Assembly (NCBI RefSeq): GCF_008831285.2 | Contig: NC_045138.2 | Location: 23,560,001 to 23,624,000, forward strand | Origin: Nymphaea colorata | Lineage: Eukaryota | Reading direction: 5' to 3' | Length of the DNA: 64,000 nucleotides | Shown: in pieces, positions 11,601 to 26,100 of the stretch | Position numbering within the stretch: the stretch's first letter is position 1 | Layout: every line of letters begins with the position of its first letter | Made by a program: the position numbers and the translations under genes | The notes under the pieces: generated by a model | Databases searched by the model: none | Told to the model about the DNA's origin: nothing | Seen by the model: the letters and a program-made list of their open reading frames with translations, nothing else

Positions 11601-14600
11601 CGAACCCCGTGCTCCAGAATGGTATTTTGCTCAGAAGATAGACTACCTAAAAGACAAAGTTCAAACTTCATTTGTCAAGGATCGAAGGGCCATGAAGGTA
11701 TATCTGATGCTTTCTGTTGACCTTTTCACTTGAACATTTATTGGCATGTTATTTACTTGATCTTGACATTCTTATAATTCCAAAAGAGAGAATACGAAGA
11801 GTTTAAAGTCCGTATCAATGGTCTGGTAGCCAAAGCACAGAAAGTTCCTGATGAGGGATGGGTTATGCAAGATGGCACTCCATGGCCAGGAAATAACACC
11901 AGAGATCATCCAGGGATGATTCAGGTATGGTGGAGATCCATGGTTTGGCTGCATGTATACTATTGAGTTCTGATTTCTGACTAGTCCATCGATTTCAAAG
12001 TTGTGATTATTTTGTCTTGTATGTAATGGAATGAGTTGGCTTCTCTGGACATCATGTAGGTTTTCTTGGGCCACAGTGGAGGCCTTGACACTGAAGGCAA
12101 TGAGCTTCCTCGTCTAGTCTATGTGTCTCGTGAGAAGCGGCCAGGTTTCCAGCACCACAAGAAGGCTGGTGCTATGAACGCCCTTGTGAGTACCTTAATG
12201 GAAATTTGATATCAAGCTATTGCAATAGAGCTATTGTGGTTATACTGTTTAATGTTTTTGTTTGTAGGTCCGAGTCTCAGCTGTTCTTACAAATGGATCT
12301 TACCTGCTGAATCTTGATTGTGATCACTACATAAACAACAGCAAAGCCTTGCGAGAAGCAATGTGTTTCTTAATGGATCCAAACCTTGGGAAATCAGTTT
12401 GCTATGTGCAGTTCCCTCAGAGATTTGATGGTATTGATAGGCATGATAGATATGCAAATCGCAATACTGTGTTCTTTGATGTGAGCTTCGCTATGAACTC
12501 AGTATTCCTTCATTTGCTGTTTTTTTTTCCTCTTCTAGGTCCTAATGCTGTTGTTGTTCCTCTTCTAGATCAACTTGAGAGGTTTGGATGGTATTCAAGG
12601 CCCTGTTTATGTTGGTACTGGATGTGTCTTCAACAGAACAGCATTGTATGGTTATGAACCTCCCTTAAAGCCAAAGAACAAAAAAATGGCCTTTCTATCA
12701 AGCTTGTGTGGTGGATCACGAAAGAAATCTTCAAAATCAAGTAAAAGGCATTCTGACAAGAAAAAATCAAACAAGCATGTTGATGCAACAGTGCCTATCT
12801 TCAATCTTGAGGATATAGAAGAAGGAGTTGAAGGTGTTTAATCACTTTCCATTTGAAATGACTTTCCCCCCAATCTGAAGCTTATTCTCATGTCTGCCAT
12901 TTGCTTTTGTTTGAAAGGTTCAGGGTTTGATGATGAGAAATCGCTGCTCATGTCCCAGATGAGCTTGGAGAAAAGATTTGGCCAGTCAGCTGTCTTTGTT
13001 GCTTCCACGTTGATGGAAAATGGTGGTGTACCACAGTCTGCAACGCCTGAATCCCTTCTCAAAGAAGCTATTCATGTCATAAGCTGTGGTTATGAAGACA
13101 AGACAGAATGGGGAACTGAGGTAGATTCTGGATTCTTTTAGTCTTTGTGCTTTGCTGTGCAAAAGCACCTGTAAGCTTCTATGTAGAATTTCATGTAGAA
13201 TCCTTTGTCCAGTCTCTTGTACATGGGTTTCTTTTGTAGTTTCTTGTATTCATTGCGCTCTTTTTTATTTTTCTGGAAAAAACTATTCAGACACCGTCAT
13301 TTGGATTTAGTCTTGACTTGTGAAGGGATAATTCTTTCTGTAGATGGTGATAAATGGTCTCAAATGATTTGAGCCCAAGGATTCTCTTCTCAGAGAAAAC
13401 CACAAACAAGGTTTATGGAATGACACACTTCTTTCAGATGACAATAGACAAGCTTTCCGCCTTGTGAAAAAGCATACGTTTCTTAATTGTTTTGTGATTC
13501 ATTCTTCAAAAGTTAGTATGATATAGGGTTATAAGATCTATATGATGTTATCCTAAGTACTGGTACAGTCTTCAAGTTCATATGATCAATGACTTTCTTA
13601 TTTTCAGAGGTCACTAATTTTACTACTCTGGAAATGCGACAGTTAGTCTTATATGCAAATAATAAGAGCATTAGTCTATTCAAAATTTCAAACATTAACA
13701 GACAACTTATCATTTCTGAAACTGTCCTTTTTTCTTTTTATGCTGTTAAACTTGTTCTGATGGTTCATTTCTATCCACAAGTTGAAGTACTTAAATTAGG
13801 TTTATTCTGCCAAGTGTTCCCTAAATTCATATGGTACATGCAGCTAATGGAACTATGCACTTGTGATTGACAGATTGGATGGATCTATGGGTCTGTGACT
13901 GAGGATATCCTTACAGGATTCAAGATGCATGCCCGAGGTTGGAAATCAATCTATTGCATGCCTGTACGTCCAGCTTTCAAGGGTTCTGCTCCCATTAATC
14001 TTTCAGATCGTCTCAACCAAGTGCTGCGGTGGGCTTTGGGTTCAGTGGAAATTCTTTTCAGTCGCCATTGCCCTATTTGGTATGGATATGAAGGAAGACT
14101 AAAATTTCTGGAGAGATTTGCATATATCAACACTACAATCTATCCTATTACCTCTATTCCTCTTCTTGCATATTGTACTTTACCGGCAGTATGCCTCCTG
14201 ACTGGAAAGTTCATTATTCCGCAGGTATGTCTGTAAAAAAGAGTTGCTTTTTCCCACCACCTTTATTCTTTTGCAAAGTTCACAAGGGCAGGCTTAAAAA
14301 CCTTAATATTTCTGAAATATGAAATGCATCTATTGTCATGCAGCTGAATTTGTTTACCTCTCTTGTTTATTATTTCATAAGTTTGAGGAAAATTTGAGTA
14401 CTGGCATGTTCTTCATTCACTTGAAATTGAATCCTGTCTAATTTACCATTTTGACATAATCAGGGTGGTATATAAGATCGTGCTGACCTAAACTGTAGCT
14501 CCCATTCATTGAATGGAATAATGTCAATCCTGAGTTGGGCTTTAGGTGGACAATAAAATATTAGTCGTATTTATTGGGCTTTATAACTGGCAATCACGCA

Positions 14601-15207
14601 TTTCTTGTTTAAACCTGTGCAGATTAGCACTTTTGCGAGTATTTGGTTCATTGCCCTTTTCCTTTCTATTTTTGCAACTGGTATACTCGAAATGCGCTGG
14701 AGTGGTGTAGGGATAGAAGAATGGTGGAGAAATGAACAGTTCTGGGTCATTGGAGGTGTGTCGGCACATCTCTTTGCTGTGTTTCAGGGGTTGCTGAAGG
14801 TGCTTGCTGGAATAGATACCAACTTCACTGTTACTTCAAAGGCTTCGGATGAAGATGGTGATTTTGCCGAGCTCTACATGTTCAAGTGGACCACCCTTCT
14901 GATTCCTCCAACGACCCTTCTCATAATCAACCTTGTTGGTGTTGTCGCTGGTATATCCTATGCAATCAATAGCGGCTACCAGTCATGGGGTCCGCTTTTT
15001 GGGAAGCTTTTCTTTGCATTTTGGGTGATTGTTCACCTCTACCCCTTCCTCAAGGGTTTGATGGGGCGGCAAAACCGTACACCAACAATTGTCATCGTTT
15101 GGTCTGTTCTCCTTGCATCCATTTTCTCCCTGCTGTGGGTTCGGATTGACCCATTCACAACCAGGGTGACAGGGCCAAACACACAACAATGTGGAATAAA
15201 CTGCTAG
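8628..15207 (+). CDS. CESA3: Cellulose synthase A catalytic subunit, CesA3 (primary wall) clade; 14 exons
   Basis: GT-AG exons: 8628-8708, 8986-9181, 9331-9551, 9630-9738, 9834-10029, 11004-11270, 11352-11697, 11787-11924, 12060-12185, 12268-12480, 12569-12833, 12918-13120, 13874-14224, 14623-15207. Motifs: RING zinc finger (CQICGDDVG...CPQCKTRY), SDDG, DCD, TED and QVLRW. C-terminus [12 protein letters not shown]...CGINC. Exon 1 is the least certain. Confidence 0.93.
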
Positions 15208-15937
15208 GCTGAGGGATGCGTCTGGAAAGGATGTATGAGATCATCCAATAGTTGACGGGAAATGATACACCTGTCGATGTTGAAGATGTTCTGTACTTGT
15301 AAGCTGTGAATTGTTTCATTATATTTAAGCATGTCTAAATAGGGCTAAGGTTGTCTTAGCGGCTTTGTATTTTTGTTATAATTATTGTTATTTGTTAGTC
15401 CATCTTGTACTCTCCCGGTTGAAAAGGGTCGTTTTGAACGTAAAACATAAGATCACAAAAATGTGAGATGAATTCTCTCTCTCTATCTCTGTGTGTGTGT
15501 GTGTGTGTGCACGCTTGAGTTGGGAATCGAATTCCCAGTCCCTCCATTAGTAATGCCTCTTTCTGGTCTCTATCTTCCATTGGCTCTACAGCAAGCAACC
15601 GCCGTGCTTTGGATTTGCATTTACTTCCCCGTTGGGCTTTAGGGGATGTCTTGGTTCACTGTCGTTTATGTATCTGCCTCTTTCCTCCTCTGGCTTGGGA
15701 GCCTGTTGGTTCCTTCCTTTGAGAAGCGTTGCAAGATGGGGTCCTTCATTTCTTTATCAAATCTATTTGCAGTGAGGTCCTTTCTTACTGTTCTCTCTTG
15801 TGCTAGCTATATCGAACCTCTTGTTGTTGGGTGCTAAAGCTGGATAAATAGTCAATCCATGGCCTGTCAGATTGAAGTGATTCCACGGATGAGAAGAGGG
15901 CATGCCGGATCAACCTTATTGGAGGATAGGCTTCTAA

Positions 15938-18900
15938 CCTTTTATTAACCAAAAATAGCTATATAGAGGAAGAAGGAAGTTAGACTTTACAAGATGGTTA
16001 AGCATAGTTATAACATCAAAAGAGGTTTGTTAGACTTTACAAGATGATTAAGCATAGCTATAACATCAAAAGAGGGGTCAATACGGAGCAAAGCAAACTT
16101 GTGATTGAACCTATTCACATGAACCAGATTCCTGAGGAGAGGCGAGAGACCCAAAAATCCCCTTCTCAGCAACAAATCCGAGCTTGTTTGTTGGAGACAA
16201 GGAAAATATTGATGCTATTGCCATTGGGGAACGAACTTAACAATTCTCATAGTTCCAAGGAAGGAGAAGCAAAGGAAGACTGTCTACTCCCTAGCCGGAT
16301 GTCCCCCAACCCACTTTGGGCACCGAAAACCCCTATAACTTGGTGTTGACTCCTACCAAAGAGGATTTGAATGCATACATCTTTGTCTAGGATACAAGGC
16401 CATTCACCAATAAAGGAGCATGTATTAAGCCAACAATCTAAAACTTAAACAAGGACAAGCAATGGTCCACACAAGCCTACTACACCTTTGCTGCCAGGGC
16501 CTTTGGGATGCACACTCTGACCCATAGGTCCTCTCAATCTTGTTGACCCAAGGCTTCCATATAGCGACATAAAAGCAAATCCTCCAGCATCACATAAGCC
16601 AACCCCTCTTAAAGCTCGTGGCACACCACCATTTAGGTTCCAACTCAACAGACTTGTGAGTGATACGTTTTTTACCACCACGCACTATCCACCGTTGAAT
16701 ACAAAAAGAGAAGATGGTTTGCCCTCTCCACATTTTTATAGCAGACCTGATGCCTGTTGGCTAGATGCATCCCATTAGCTTGGAGGTTGTCCTGAGTTTT
16801 TAGCCTTCCATACCCTGCAAGAAAACAGAATCACCCACATCTAGGGACAACATTGAGATTTCAGATCCATGTGCACCAACTCTCCACTAGGAACCTCGTC
16901 TTAATGAGTTCTCAAATGTCCCCTGCCTTGACCTGTTCCACTGGCCCACCTTGAAGGCAGAGTATGTCAGGGGAACTGTTGATAGCAGGGATAGTCTCTC
17001 CTATCCCCTCTGAATCGAGTTTTGGCCCATAAGGTCGGAAAGCAACATCTGATTAACTGCGTAGTGGAAGCTAGAACAAGATGTTATAGTCCTCAACCAT
17101 AATACGATTTCTAAGGACAGAAGTAAGCCATCTATCAGTCCAAAACTTAATCGAGTCTTCACGAATTTTCCATTTAACACTATTGGCAATACCTTTCCAA
17201 CAGTTGGCGAGGCCTTTGAAGAACCAAGAGGGCTTCTTGAATCTCTTTTGAGACCAAAGGGAGTGGTTTCAAAGATATTATCATGAACAAATTTAGCCCA
17301 TGGCTTAACTCTGAGACATACCCGCAAGGCAAGAAGAGTAATGTGACTCCGACTTGATATTATCATGAACAAATTTAGCCCATGGATTAACTCTGAGACA
17401 TACCTGCAAAGCAAGAAGAGTAATGTGACTCCGACTAGTTTCACAGATATCCTTTATGTCAACCCCACCTTCTTCAAATGGGCAACTGATCACTTTCCAA
17501 GAGATAAGATTCTGAAACCAGTATGAGAGGAGGAATCCGAAAAAAAGAAAGACATGAGAGACTTGATTTTTTTTATGACCCTATAGGAAGTAGGAAAATA
17601 GCTGCCTAATAACGAATAATGTGAAATAGTCACATGAGTAATAAGACACCGTCTGCCAGAATACGAGAGGAGCCTACCCTTCCAACTAGCAAACCACTTG
17701 TTAACTTTGAGTATCAAATCCTCACACCATTCCTCCCTTAGGCAGCAATGGAACAATGGAAACCCATGATAACAGATGGGAAGACTTCCAACTGACCAAC
17801 CAAGCACAGAGCTAAGCCATCAGACCATATAATTCTCCACATGAAAAGGGATGAAAATATATTTACTTGTGTCGATCCTGAGTCCCGCATGATTGGACAA
17901 CGTCCAACATAGATTCCACCATCTTTAAGGAGTTAATCCTAGCTAAGAGAAGTATAATACATCAACTGCAAGAGACAAGATTGCTAGACACTTACCCGTT
18001 CAGAAAAGGATGGGGAGAGAACTTTTGTCTAACATGTCTATTAACCAGCCTAGAGAAGGCCTCCATGACAACAATAAAGAGATAAGGAGAGAGGCGATCT
18101 CCTTGCCTCAGACCCCGCTTAAGGTTAAAGAACTCACCTGGGTTGCCATTCACCAGAACTACTGATGATGCTGTAGATATGCAGGTGAAGATCCTTTTAA
18201 CTCATTCTTGATTAAACCTTACATGCAACATGGCAGATCTAAGGAACCACCAATTCACCCTATCATAAGCCTTAGAGAGGTCAAGCTTAAGGCAAACAGC
18301 TGAATTCTTACCCTTCTCCAAGCTATGAATTATCTCATGCGTAAATATAGTATTGTCATATGTGACTCCATTAGGGACAAAGGCTGCTTGGTCGTTAGAT
18401 ACAATCCGCATGAGAACACTCTTCGTTCTATTAACCATAATTTTTGTAATAAATTTATAAGTACTGTTGTATAAAAATTGAGACAGAAGTCCTATAGAGT
18501 TCCCGCACCCTCCTTTTTAGGAACAAGGGTGATGTGCGTACGATTGACCTTCTGAACAAGCCTCCCCATGCGAAAGACGGACTGGATTGTTTTGCTTACA
18601 TTCACTACCAGTTTGCATGAGCGCTATCATCTTCCAAGCCAAACACTGCACCCTCCATTTCCTCCAATGTGACAAGCCGGTTTAGCTCCTCATTTTCACT
18701 ACACGAAACACAAGGGCCTTCCATCATAAAAAAAAGTATGTTTCCATCACCCTCCTTGACCGCAAGGAGACGTTGAAAGTACTTTCGACAAGCCGCTAGG
18801 ATGGCATGGTGATCCCTGACTGTAGAACCTTCCATCTCCACTTCAGTGATGGAATTCCTGGTTCTCTTACTTCTAACAATCGCTTGAAAATAAGTAGTAT

Positions 18901-21085
18901 TACGGTTTTCCTCGAACTTCCATCTCATCCTAGTCCTCTGTCTCTAACTGTTTTCCTTCTCATCTGGACACTCCTTTAATTCATCCCTCAAGATTCTTTC
19001 TCACCAACATCTACCTGTCGACGCAAAACCTTCATCGTTTGCAACCTATTTAATGACGTTTAATGGTTTTGAGCCTAAGTTCAACCGGATCAAGCTGACA
19101 CCTTCTCCATTGAGCCAGAGACCTACGGGTCACTTTGAGCTTCTTCAAAAGCTTGATCATGGAACATCCAAAAATGTTCACTTCCCATGCCCGTGCGATT
19201 AAGAGACGACATTTTTGCCACCGCTTCCAACATCTAAAGTAACGGAAGAGCCGAGGCCCGGGAAGGTCTCTCTCTTGATCCTCCAATCTAAAGATGAGGA
19301 GACTATGGTTTGAAGTAGTACAAGCCAAGATGCGGAAGGAGCTGTTACTGCCAAGAATCTCTCGCCAGATCTGATTGACTAAGTACCAATCAAGCCTACA
19401 CAAGACCAACTCCTCCTACGATTTGTTATTGGCCCAAGTATATTTTTTTGTCTATGTCCTGAAGTGCAGTGAGCTGGCCATTCTCTAAAAATGTGTTGAA
19501 AGCAAAATAAGAAGCTAAACCCTGTTTTATCCTCTTTTCCCCAATAGCGTTAAAATCCCCAATTAATAGATAAGATTCATTAATAACCCGGACTATCTCC
19601 TGTCTCAGTTTGCCTAAATGCAAGCTAAGGGAAAGATAAACTCCAACAATGACTAAGCTAACACTGGAAAACTTAAGAGAGCACTGCAAGAACATCCAAT
19701 GGTCATCTACAATAATTGGAGTAGCAGAAATTATCTCCGGATTCAACCCAACAACGATTCTTACAAGAGATGAATTATTTTGAACATTAGCAAACTAACA
19801 AAACACCAAAGACTATGGCGCTAAAGAGAGAAACTATTATATGACAGCATGGAATCTACCAGAAAAAATGATCAATATTTTCAGAAGCAAGCAGGGAAAT
19901 CAACTCACGTTGAGCTGATTTCCTTATTAAGCCTCTAACATTCCATGCAAGAACTTTCATTGGCATTAGGTAGTTCATTCATTCCTTCCAGAATAGGAAT
20001 AAAGGGAATGGGGGACAAGGCCTACTAACTCCTCCACTATAGCAGCCTCACAGGATGGAGCAACGGTTTGCACACGCTTCCAGTTGCTTGGAGGGCCATC
20101 CTCAACCGGTATGCATAAACTAGGTTGGTCACATCTCACATGGCATGGCGCCTCCTTGCTCCTCCAGAGCCTCGAAAGCTGATCCAAGGCTTCCTACCCT
20201 TCCCCTATAATTTTTTGGATCCCATTGCACTGCCTGAGGGAGCATTCTTGGTCAGCTCTGCAGCTATATCACTAGAACCCCTACAAGCTCTTGCCTTGAA
20301 CTCGAAACAAGGAAGGGGCTATCTAGCCCCATCTTCTTGACTCTTGAGGGCAATGAATGGGGCAATCGACCCTGAAAATGGGTTGCTAACGCCCTTCGAA
20401 TCTTTAGTAGTCAAGTGTTGATGGCTACCAGATCCAGCCTTCTTCTTGGGGCTGGCTCGCGTTTGCTCCCCTCACAACAAGTAGCTGAAGGCCGAGCACC
20501 ACTATCGAGCTTGAAGATCCCCTCTATCCTGCAGACCTCTGTCGGTGGGCATGACCTCTTTGTGCCTTCATCAGACAAAACATTAAACTGATTAGACACT
20601 TCGCTACCCTGCCCTTGAATGGCTTCCTCCTTTCCTCCTTTTCCTCCTTTAATAGATTGGAAACTATAAGAATCCATACCTCTACTTCTCCCATTATGAT
20701 CACCGTGGTCTCTAGCCTTTGCCTGTTGACAGGCATGAAGAGGGTGGGAGTTCATTCCACATTTGAGAGAGGGGAAATTAATTCCACTTCCGTGAGAAGT
20801 CTAGACCTCACAGGGGTGTTGACTCATCCTTACTGTATTTGGTATCAGAGCCACAGCCTAACTACATGGTTTAGTTGGTAGTCTCATGGAGTTTGTTTCG
20901 AAGACAAGCAGGCAATCAGCTCCCCCTTGAGCTTGTTGGCCATTGCTTTAAATAGATTAGGATTCTACAACTCTGGCTTCAAATCAAGGATGCGAGCCCA
21001 AAGAGGGGCACTAATAGTAGGATCTATTGAAAGGGCCATACCTAAACTCATCATGCTGCCGTGAGGGTTTTCTCTACCACAAACG
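15938..21085 (-). mobile_element. Decayed L1-type LINE retrotransposon
   Basis: Minus strand: ORF1 zinc-knuckle remnant (KCGMNSHPLHAC, ~20730-20765), ORF2 start MKVLAWNVRGL (~19960), endonuclease IGDFN and CRLDWYLVN, RT QAAFVPN..LKLDLSKAYDRVNW (18202-18438), WKGRLLSYSGR, and GGVDIKD. Many stops and frameshifts. AATAAA near 15945. Confidence 0.88.
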
Positions 21086-23116
21086 AGCGTCTGAAAAGAG
21101 GGCATTCTCTAAATGCATTTGAGTTTGGGTACTGACGCGAAAAATGAAAAAAACATTCAAAAAAATTCACTTGATTTATTTTTATAAGAAAAACCGCATT
21201 TTGAAGTATGCCCCTTGGGGGGACAGGAACTGGAAGGACATTGAGTTATTATTATTTGGTACTAAAGCAGCTCTGGATTCTAGGACTCTATGGGTAAGGA
21301 GAATGAAGGAAGCTTCAGTTCTTGCTTGAGTGGTGGGATGACCTTCTCATTCACTCACAAGTATGCACTCAAGGGTCATAGCTCAAACAAGCAGGCTGAA
21401 ACAATATTATGTGGTGTGTCTCTGGTTCGATTTTTGGAGGGTATATTCCTATTGAGTCCTAAGCGTGAGTTGGAGATCTCATCGCTGGTACCGACACAAG
21501 GAGAAGGAGGAGGCTTCATCTCCCGTTTGGGCAACAAATGGCATATTTCGCTGGGGGACATTGGCATATTTCGCTGGTACCGACACAAGGAGATCTCATC
21601 GCATTCTTCCTCCTTCTCACCCGAAATATGCCATTTGTTGACTTCCTTGTGTGCTTCTTTATTTCAGCAAATTCTCTTTCTTTTTTATTTGTATAATGCA
21701 ACTACGACTTTTTTTGCTCACTCTTATAATGGAGATATGCGCATTGAGATCCCTCCTCTCTTCTAGTCCTCTTAAAGGACTTTAGAGTTGATGTACTTAT
21801 CAACCTATTTTTAGATGACATTTTCCAGATAACTTGTCAATAGCTGGAAACATTCATGGAAATGACGTTTCAAGCCCGCAATATCAGTATGACATTGTAA
21901 ATATATTACACACGGCTTTGAATAAAGGCACAAGAACTTAATGATCTGCCTACTGCTTCTTACAACCTCACGAGTTTGTAATTTCTCCTACAGTTTTACT
22001 TGTCTCTTCATTTCATCAACATGGCTTCCTATGGTACTATTCTTTTCCCTCGTAGCTTCATACAAGTGTGCTTGCTAATACAAAGATGAGCAGATGGTTT
22101 GATGTTTTCTCAAATTAACTACATCTTTGTGTTCAACAATGCAGGTCAAGGCCTGCTCTCTACTAAGGAAATGAGTGAATTTTTCTGCCAAAGCAAAGAA
22201 GATGGATCATGAATAATGTGATTGAAATCAACACTCCATACAAAAGCGAAATATATGCAACTAGGGTTGAAGATCATCTATTCACAACCACTGTTGTAGC
22301 AAAAAAAGTCAATGCAAATTTGAGAGACAAACCTTTACAACCAAAGGCATGAGATGGTCGTGTAGGTAAAAAACGAAGCATATGTTGGTCGATCCTTCTC
22401 TTTATTTGAAGGAAAGATCAGAAGAAAGATTTTAAGGGCCCACAGTCACCCTCATGCACTATTTTTTCACGCACCATGGGGTGCAGAAAACTTGGCTAGG
22501 ATGATGCGTAGTTGTACCCATGGATTCGCATGATCAGCCTTTGGACTTTGACAAAACCCACTCTTCTTCGGATCACATGATCCATATCCGATAGTTGATC
22601 CATGAGACTGTTGTACTTACACCTCAAAGCTAACGGTCTCCCAAATGACCATTGACTAAAGTAGCAAGATCCAACAAATTTCCAGATCCGGACAGGAAGG
22701 AACCGATTGGGAGAGGGCCAAAACTTTCGGATAAAATCTCAAATCCAATTATTTAGAAGAACCGTTGTCTGATGAAGAATGGCGAGATTGGGGCTAAATT
22801 ACTCAAGTCATCATATGGGTCGAATGGGGAAGAGGGTCCAGGACCCAATCCTGCAGGGGTCCGTCCCCTCGAACAGACACTCTGCAACAACATGACAGTC
22901 CTCAGTGTACGTACTCACTGCCATGGCCCCCTTTACATCCCATCCTTGCCCCTCATCACCTCTCCCTCTCTCTCCCCTCTTAGTGATCTCCTCTTTTAAC
23001 CGATCCTCAGGCTCCAAAAATCAGTCTCTCACTCGCTCTCTTTCTCGTTGTCTCCGATGAATGGGTGGTGTTGGTGGTTCTGAAACAGGAGGCCTAAGTC
23101 GACACCACCACCCATC

Positions 23117-26100
23117 ATGGACCTTCACGCCATGAAAGAAGGGGAGAATGGTCGTGGCCGCCACGGCCGCGGCGATTCCGCCGCCTCTTCTGGCTCGGCC
23201 GACGGGATGAAGGACTCGCTCAACGGGTTGAAGCTCGGGAAGAGGACCTACTTCCAGGATGCAGGCGCCAGCGGCGGCGGTGGCGGCGGCGTCTCGGCTA
23301 AGTCGAAGGGGAACTTTCAGGCCTCCCCCTCTGGCTCGGCACCGGCCGCGACGCCGAAGAGGGCCAGAGGGTTGGTTCAAAGCGGGCAGCCGCCGAGGTG
23401 CCAGGTCGAGGACTGCAAGGTGGACCTGACCGGCGCTAAGGCCTACTACTGCAGGCACAAGGTGTGCGGTGTGCACTCTAAGTCCCCTAAGGTTATTGTC
23501 GCCGGGATCGAGCAGAGATTCTGCCAGCAGTGTAGCAGGTTCTCTTTCTCTCCCCTTCTCCAACAGAAGGATGTATTTCTTTCTTGGATGTGGGAGTTGA
23601 CTCTGGTACATTTTGGGTGTTCGGACTGAATATTTTTCTCATTAGACTGTGCTTGTTGTTGGTGTAAGTGTTTGAGAAACTATATGAATGTGGTGGTTCG
23701 TTCTTATTTGTTTTTTGACGTTAGACCAAAATTAGTTTTTTGCTAATTGGGATGTGTTTTTAATGTGGCCCTAAAGTAAAGTAGGTTTCTAGTTGATATA
23801 TGCTATTGATGTTCTCTTGGTGTTCCGGAAACTGTATGGATATGGTAGTTCGTCCTTACCTGTTTTGAGGTTAAAACTTAAATGAGTTTCCTACTGATTA
23901 GGATGTGTTCTTGATGTGGGATGATATTAAAATGGGCTTCTAGATGATATACGCTTTGCATGTCGATAAGTGAGTGAGAAACTATACGGATGTGGTAGTT
24001 CGTTCTTAATTTCTTGGGTTAGGACCCAAATGAATTTCTTACTAATTGGGGATGTGTCCTTGGTGTGGGCTGAGTGGAACGGATTTCTAGTTGTATGTGC
24101 TTTTGATGTTGCTTTAGATATTTGGATTTGGTTCAGTTCCTAGTAGGATGTGCTCTCACATGTACTTCATGGACGTGAGATGGTTTATATTTATTTTTGG
24201 AGTTGGGATTAAAATTGTGTCACTTGTTTTTCGTTTCTTTGTTATAGTTTTAGATCCGCTGGAGATTTTGTGGATATGGGAACCGACTTTTATTTTCTTT
24301 CCAGTTTGGTCTCAGACTCTGAAATATACCTCTGACATTGTTTTAATCTCTTCGTGACTTTGGAGGTTAAGTTGTGGAATGAGTTTGGACTTTGGAACAA
24401 ATGTGGTGAATTATATTTTATTGATTCGCCAGTTTGATCTAAGATGGTCTTCTCACATTGTTTTGGTTCGTTCCTGATTTGGGGTCTCAAAGTGTGGCAA
24501 TCAGAAGCACTGTGGTTAATAAGTGAAGAAGCTATCAGCTGTGAATTGGTTGTGCTCCCTCCTCATAGTTCTGTAACTTCTTTTCTTGGCGTGAATGTTA
24601 TTCTTTTGCATTGAATACACTTAAATATCTTGGGGAGTTAGGGTATTCTTTGAAAATGATGGAATTAGTTTTAATCGTGAAATGGTTGTAAACATTTCTC
24701 ATTTTATGTAATTCTGGACTTGAGGAGGGTTTTGTGCCTTTGTGGAGAACAAAAATGAGTTTATAGTGGTGCAGCTCTTCTTAGAACTGTTTTTTCTTAT
24801 TGTTGGTACTTTAGTTCGTAATCTTTGGATAGACTGGGAATTTCTCAAGTGTTCTCTTTTTTACCTTTACTTTTCATCTTTGAATCATAAGTCAATTTAA
24901 TGTTTATAGACAGGAGTGTGTTGGATGTGCTTTTCTTGGTGATATGATTGTGAGACCTCTGAGATTTTCCTGGGATGGAGTTGAACTTGCTAAACAGGAT
25001 GCCACTTATAGGGAAGAAAAAATTTTAGTTGTAGTGGTGGATGGTTCCCAGCTGCAGAGTATGCTTATTGACATATACAATGAACCCAATTAAGAGACAC
25101 TTTTTAAAGAAAGAAAAACTATAAAAAAGTGTTTCTACAGCTTAGCTGATTATGTTTCTTCTGCAAACTTGCCGTTGTTCAAATGTTTTTGACTGGGCCA
25201 GTCAATATTGTTTGCATGGAGTTGGAAGAATTGCGGAAGTTGATACTGGTAGGAACGTTGCATATGTGCATTGCTTGTTTGATTTGAATATGCAGCATCT
25301 GTTTTTGTTTTGACATTGTAGTTGGAAGAAGGGCAACTTTTGAATTTGACCATACATTGGGAATGGATTAATTTCTGCTTCTACCTGTGGATAAAAAGAG
25401 TAACTTATTATGATTTTTAGCCTGGGGATTAAACTTTTTCATGCATCTTTTACGTAGAAGAAGGCCTTTTATAAATTGTTTTCTTGATCGGTATTACTAT
25501 AATTTGTTATTCAGAGATATTCTTTTGGTCAGCCTGACAAAATAATGTGCTTGAATTCCATGACACCAGCTGCTGTTACATTTCTGCAGAGCTTTTCTTG
25601 TCAAATTTATAAGGCAACTAAGCAAGTGCACATGATTCTAATTTTTGACTTGCATTTAACATAATGTTAACTGATAATCCACTGATACAAAATAGAATGG
25701 GAGAGCGTCTTCACTAGTCATGAAAGCATGATGAAGCTCCTCTACAAATTATTCATTTTGAAAAGTTGGTGCTCTTGGACCCTGACTTGTTTTCCTCTTT
25801 CCATGAAAGGATGTTCTCATAGTCATAGATATCTTTGATATTTCAGAAATATCACTATAAAGGTTTTCTTATTTTAGTTATCTTATAAATATTTTTTCCT
25901 TTGTTTTTTAAGTAATGAATATAATAACGTTTTGTTTCCAATTTAGAAATGATTCATTTGAATCAGTGAATCGATTGATTAGTTGATAAGACACCCCAGC
26001 TGATTCATTTGGTTTTCCATTTTCTACAAAACTGCTTTAGACTAATCAAAGGAATAGGTATATATATTGAAACTAAAAGCTTTATTACTTCACCACGTCT

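Noticed and set aside
20840..20851. Perfect tRNA-Met PBS word TGGTATCAGAGC
   Set aside because: It lies antisense within LINE ORF1 next to the zinc knuckle, with no LTR end (CA) before it and no gag after it. Treated as coincidence.
23021..23611. 196 aa antisense ORF over SPL exon 1
   Set aside because: Shadow ORF of a GC-rich coding exon with no recognisable domain.
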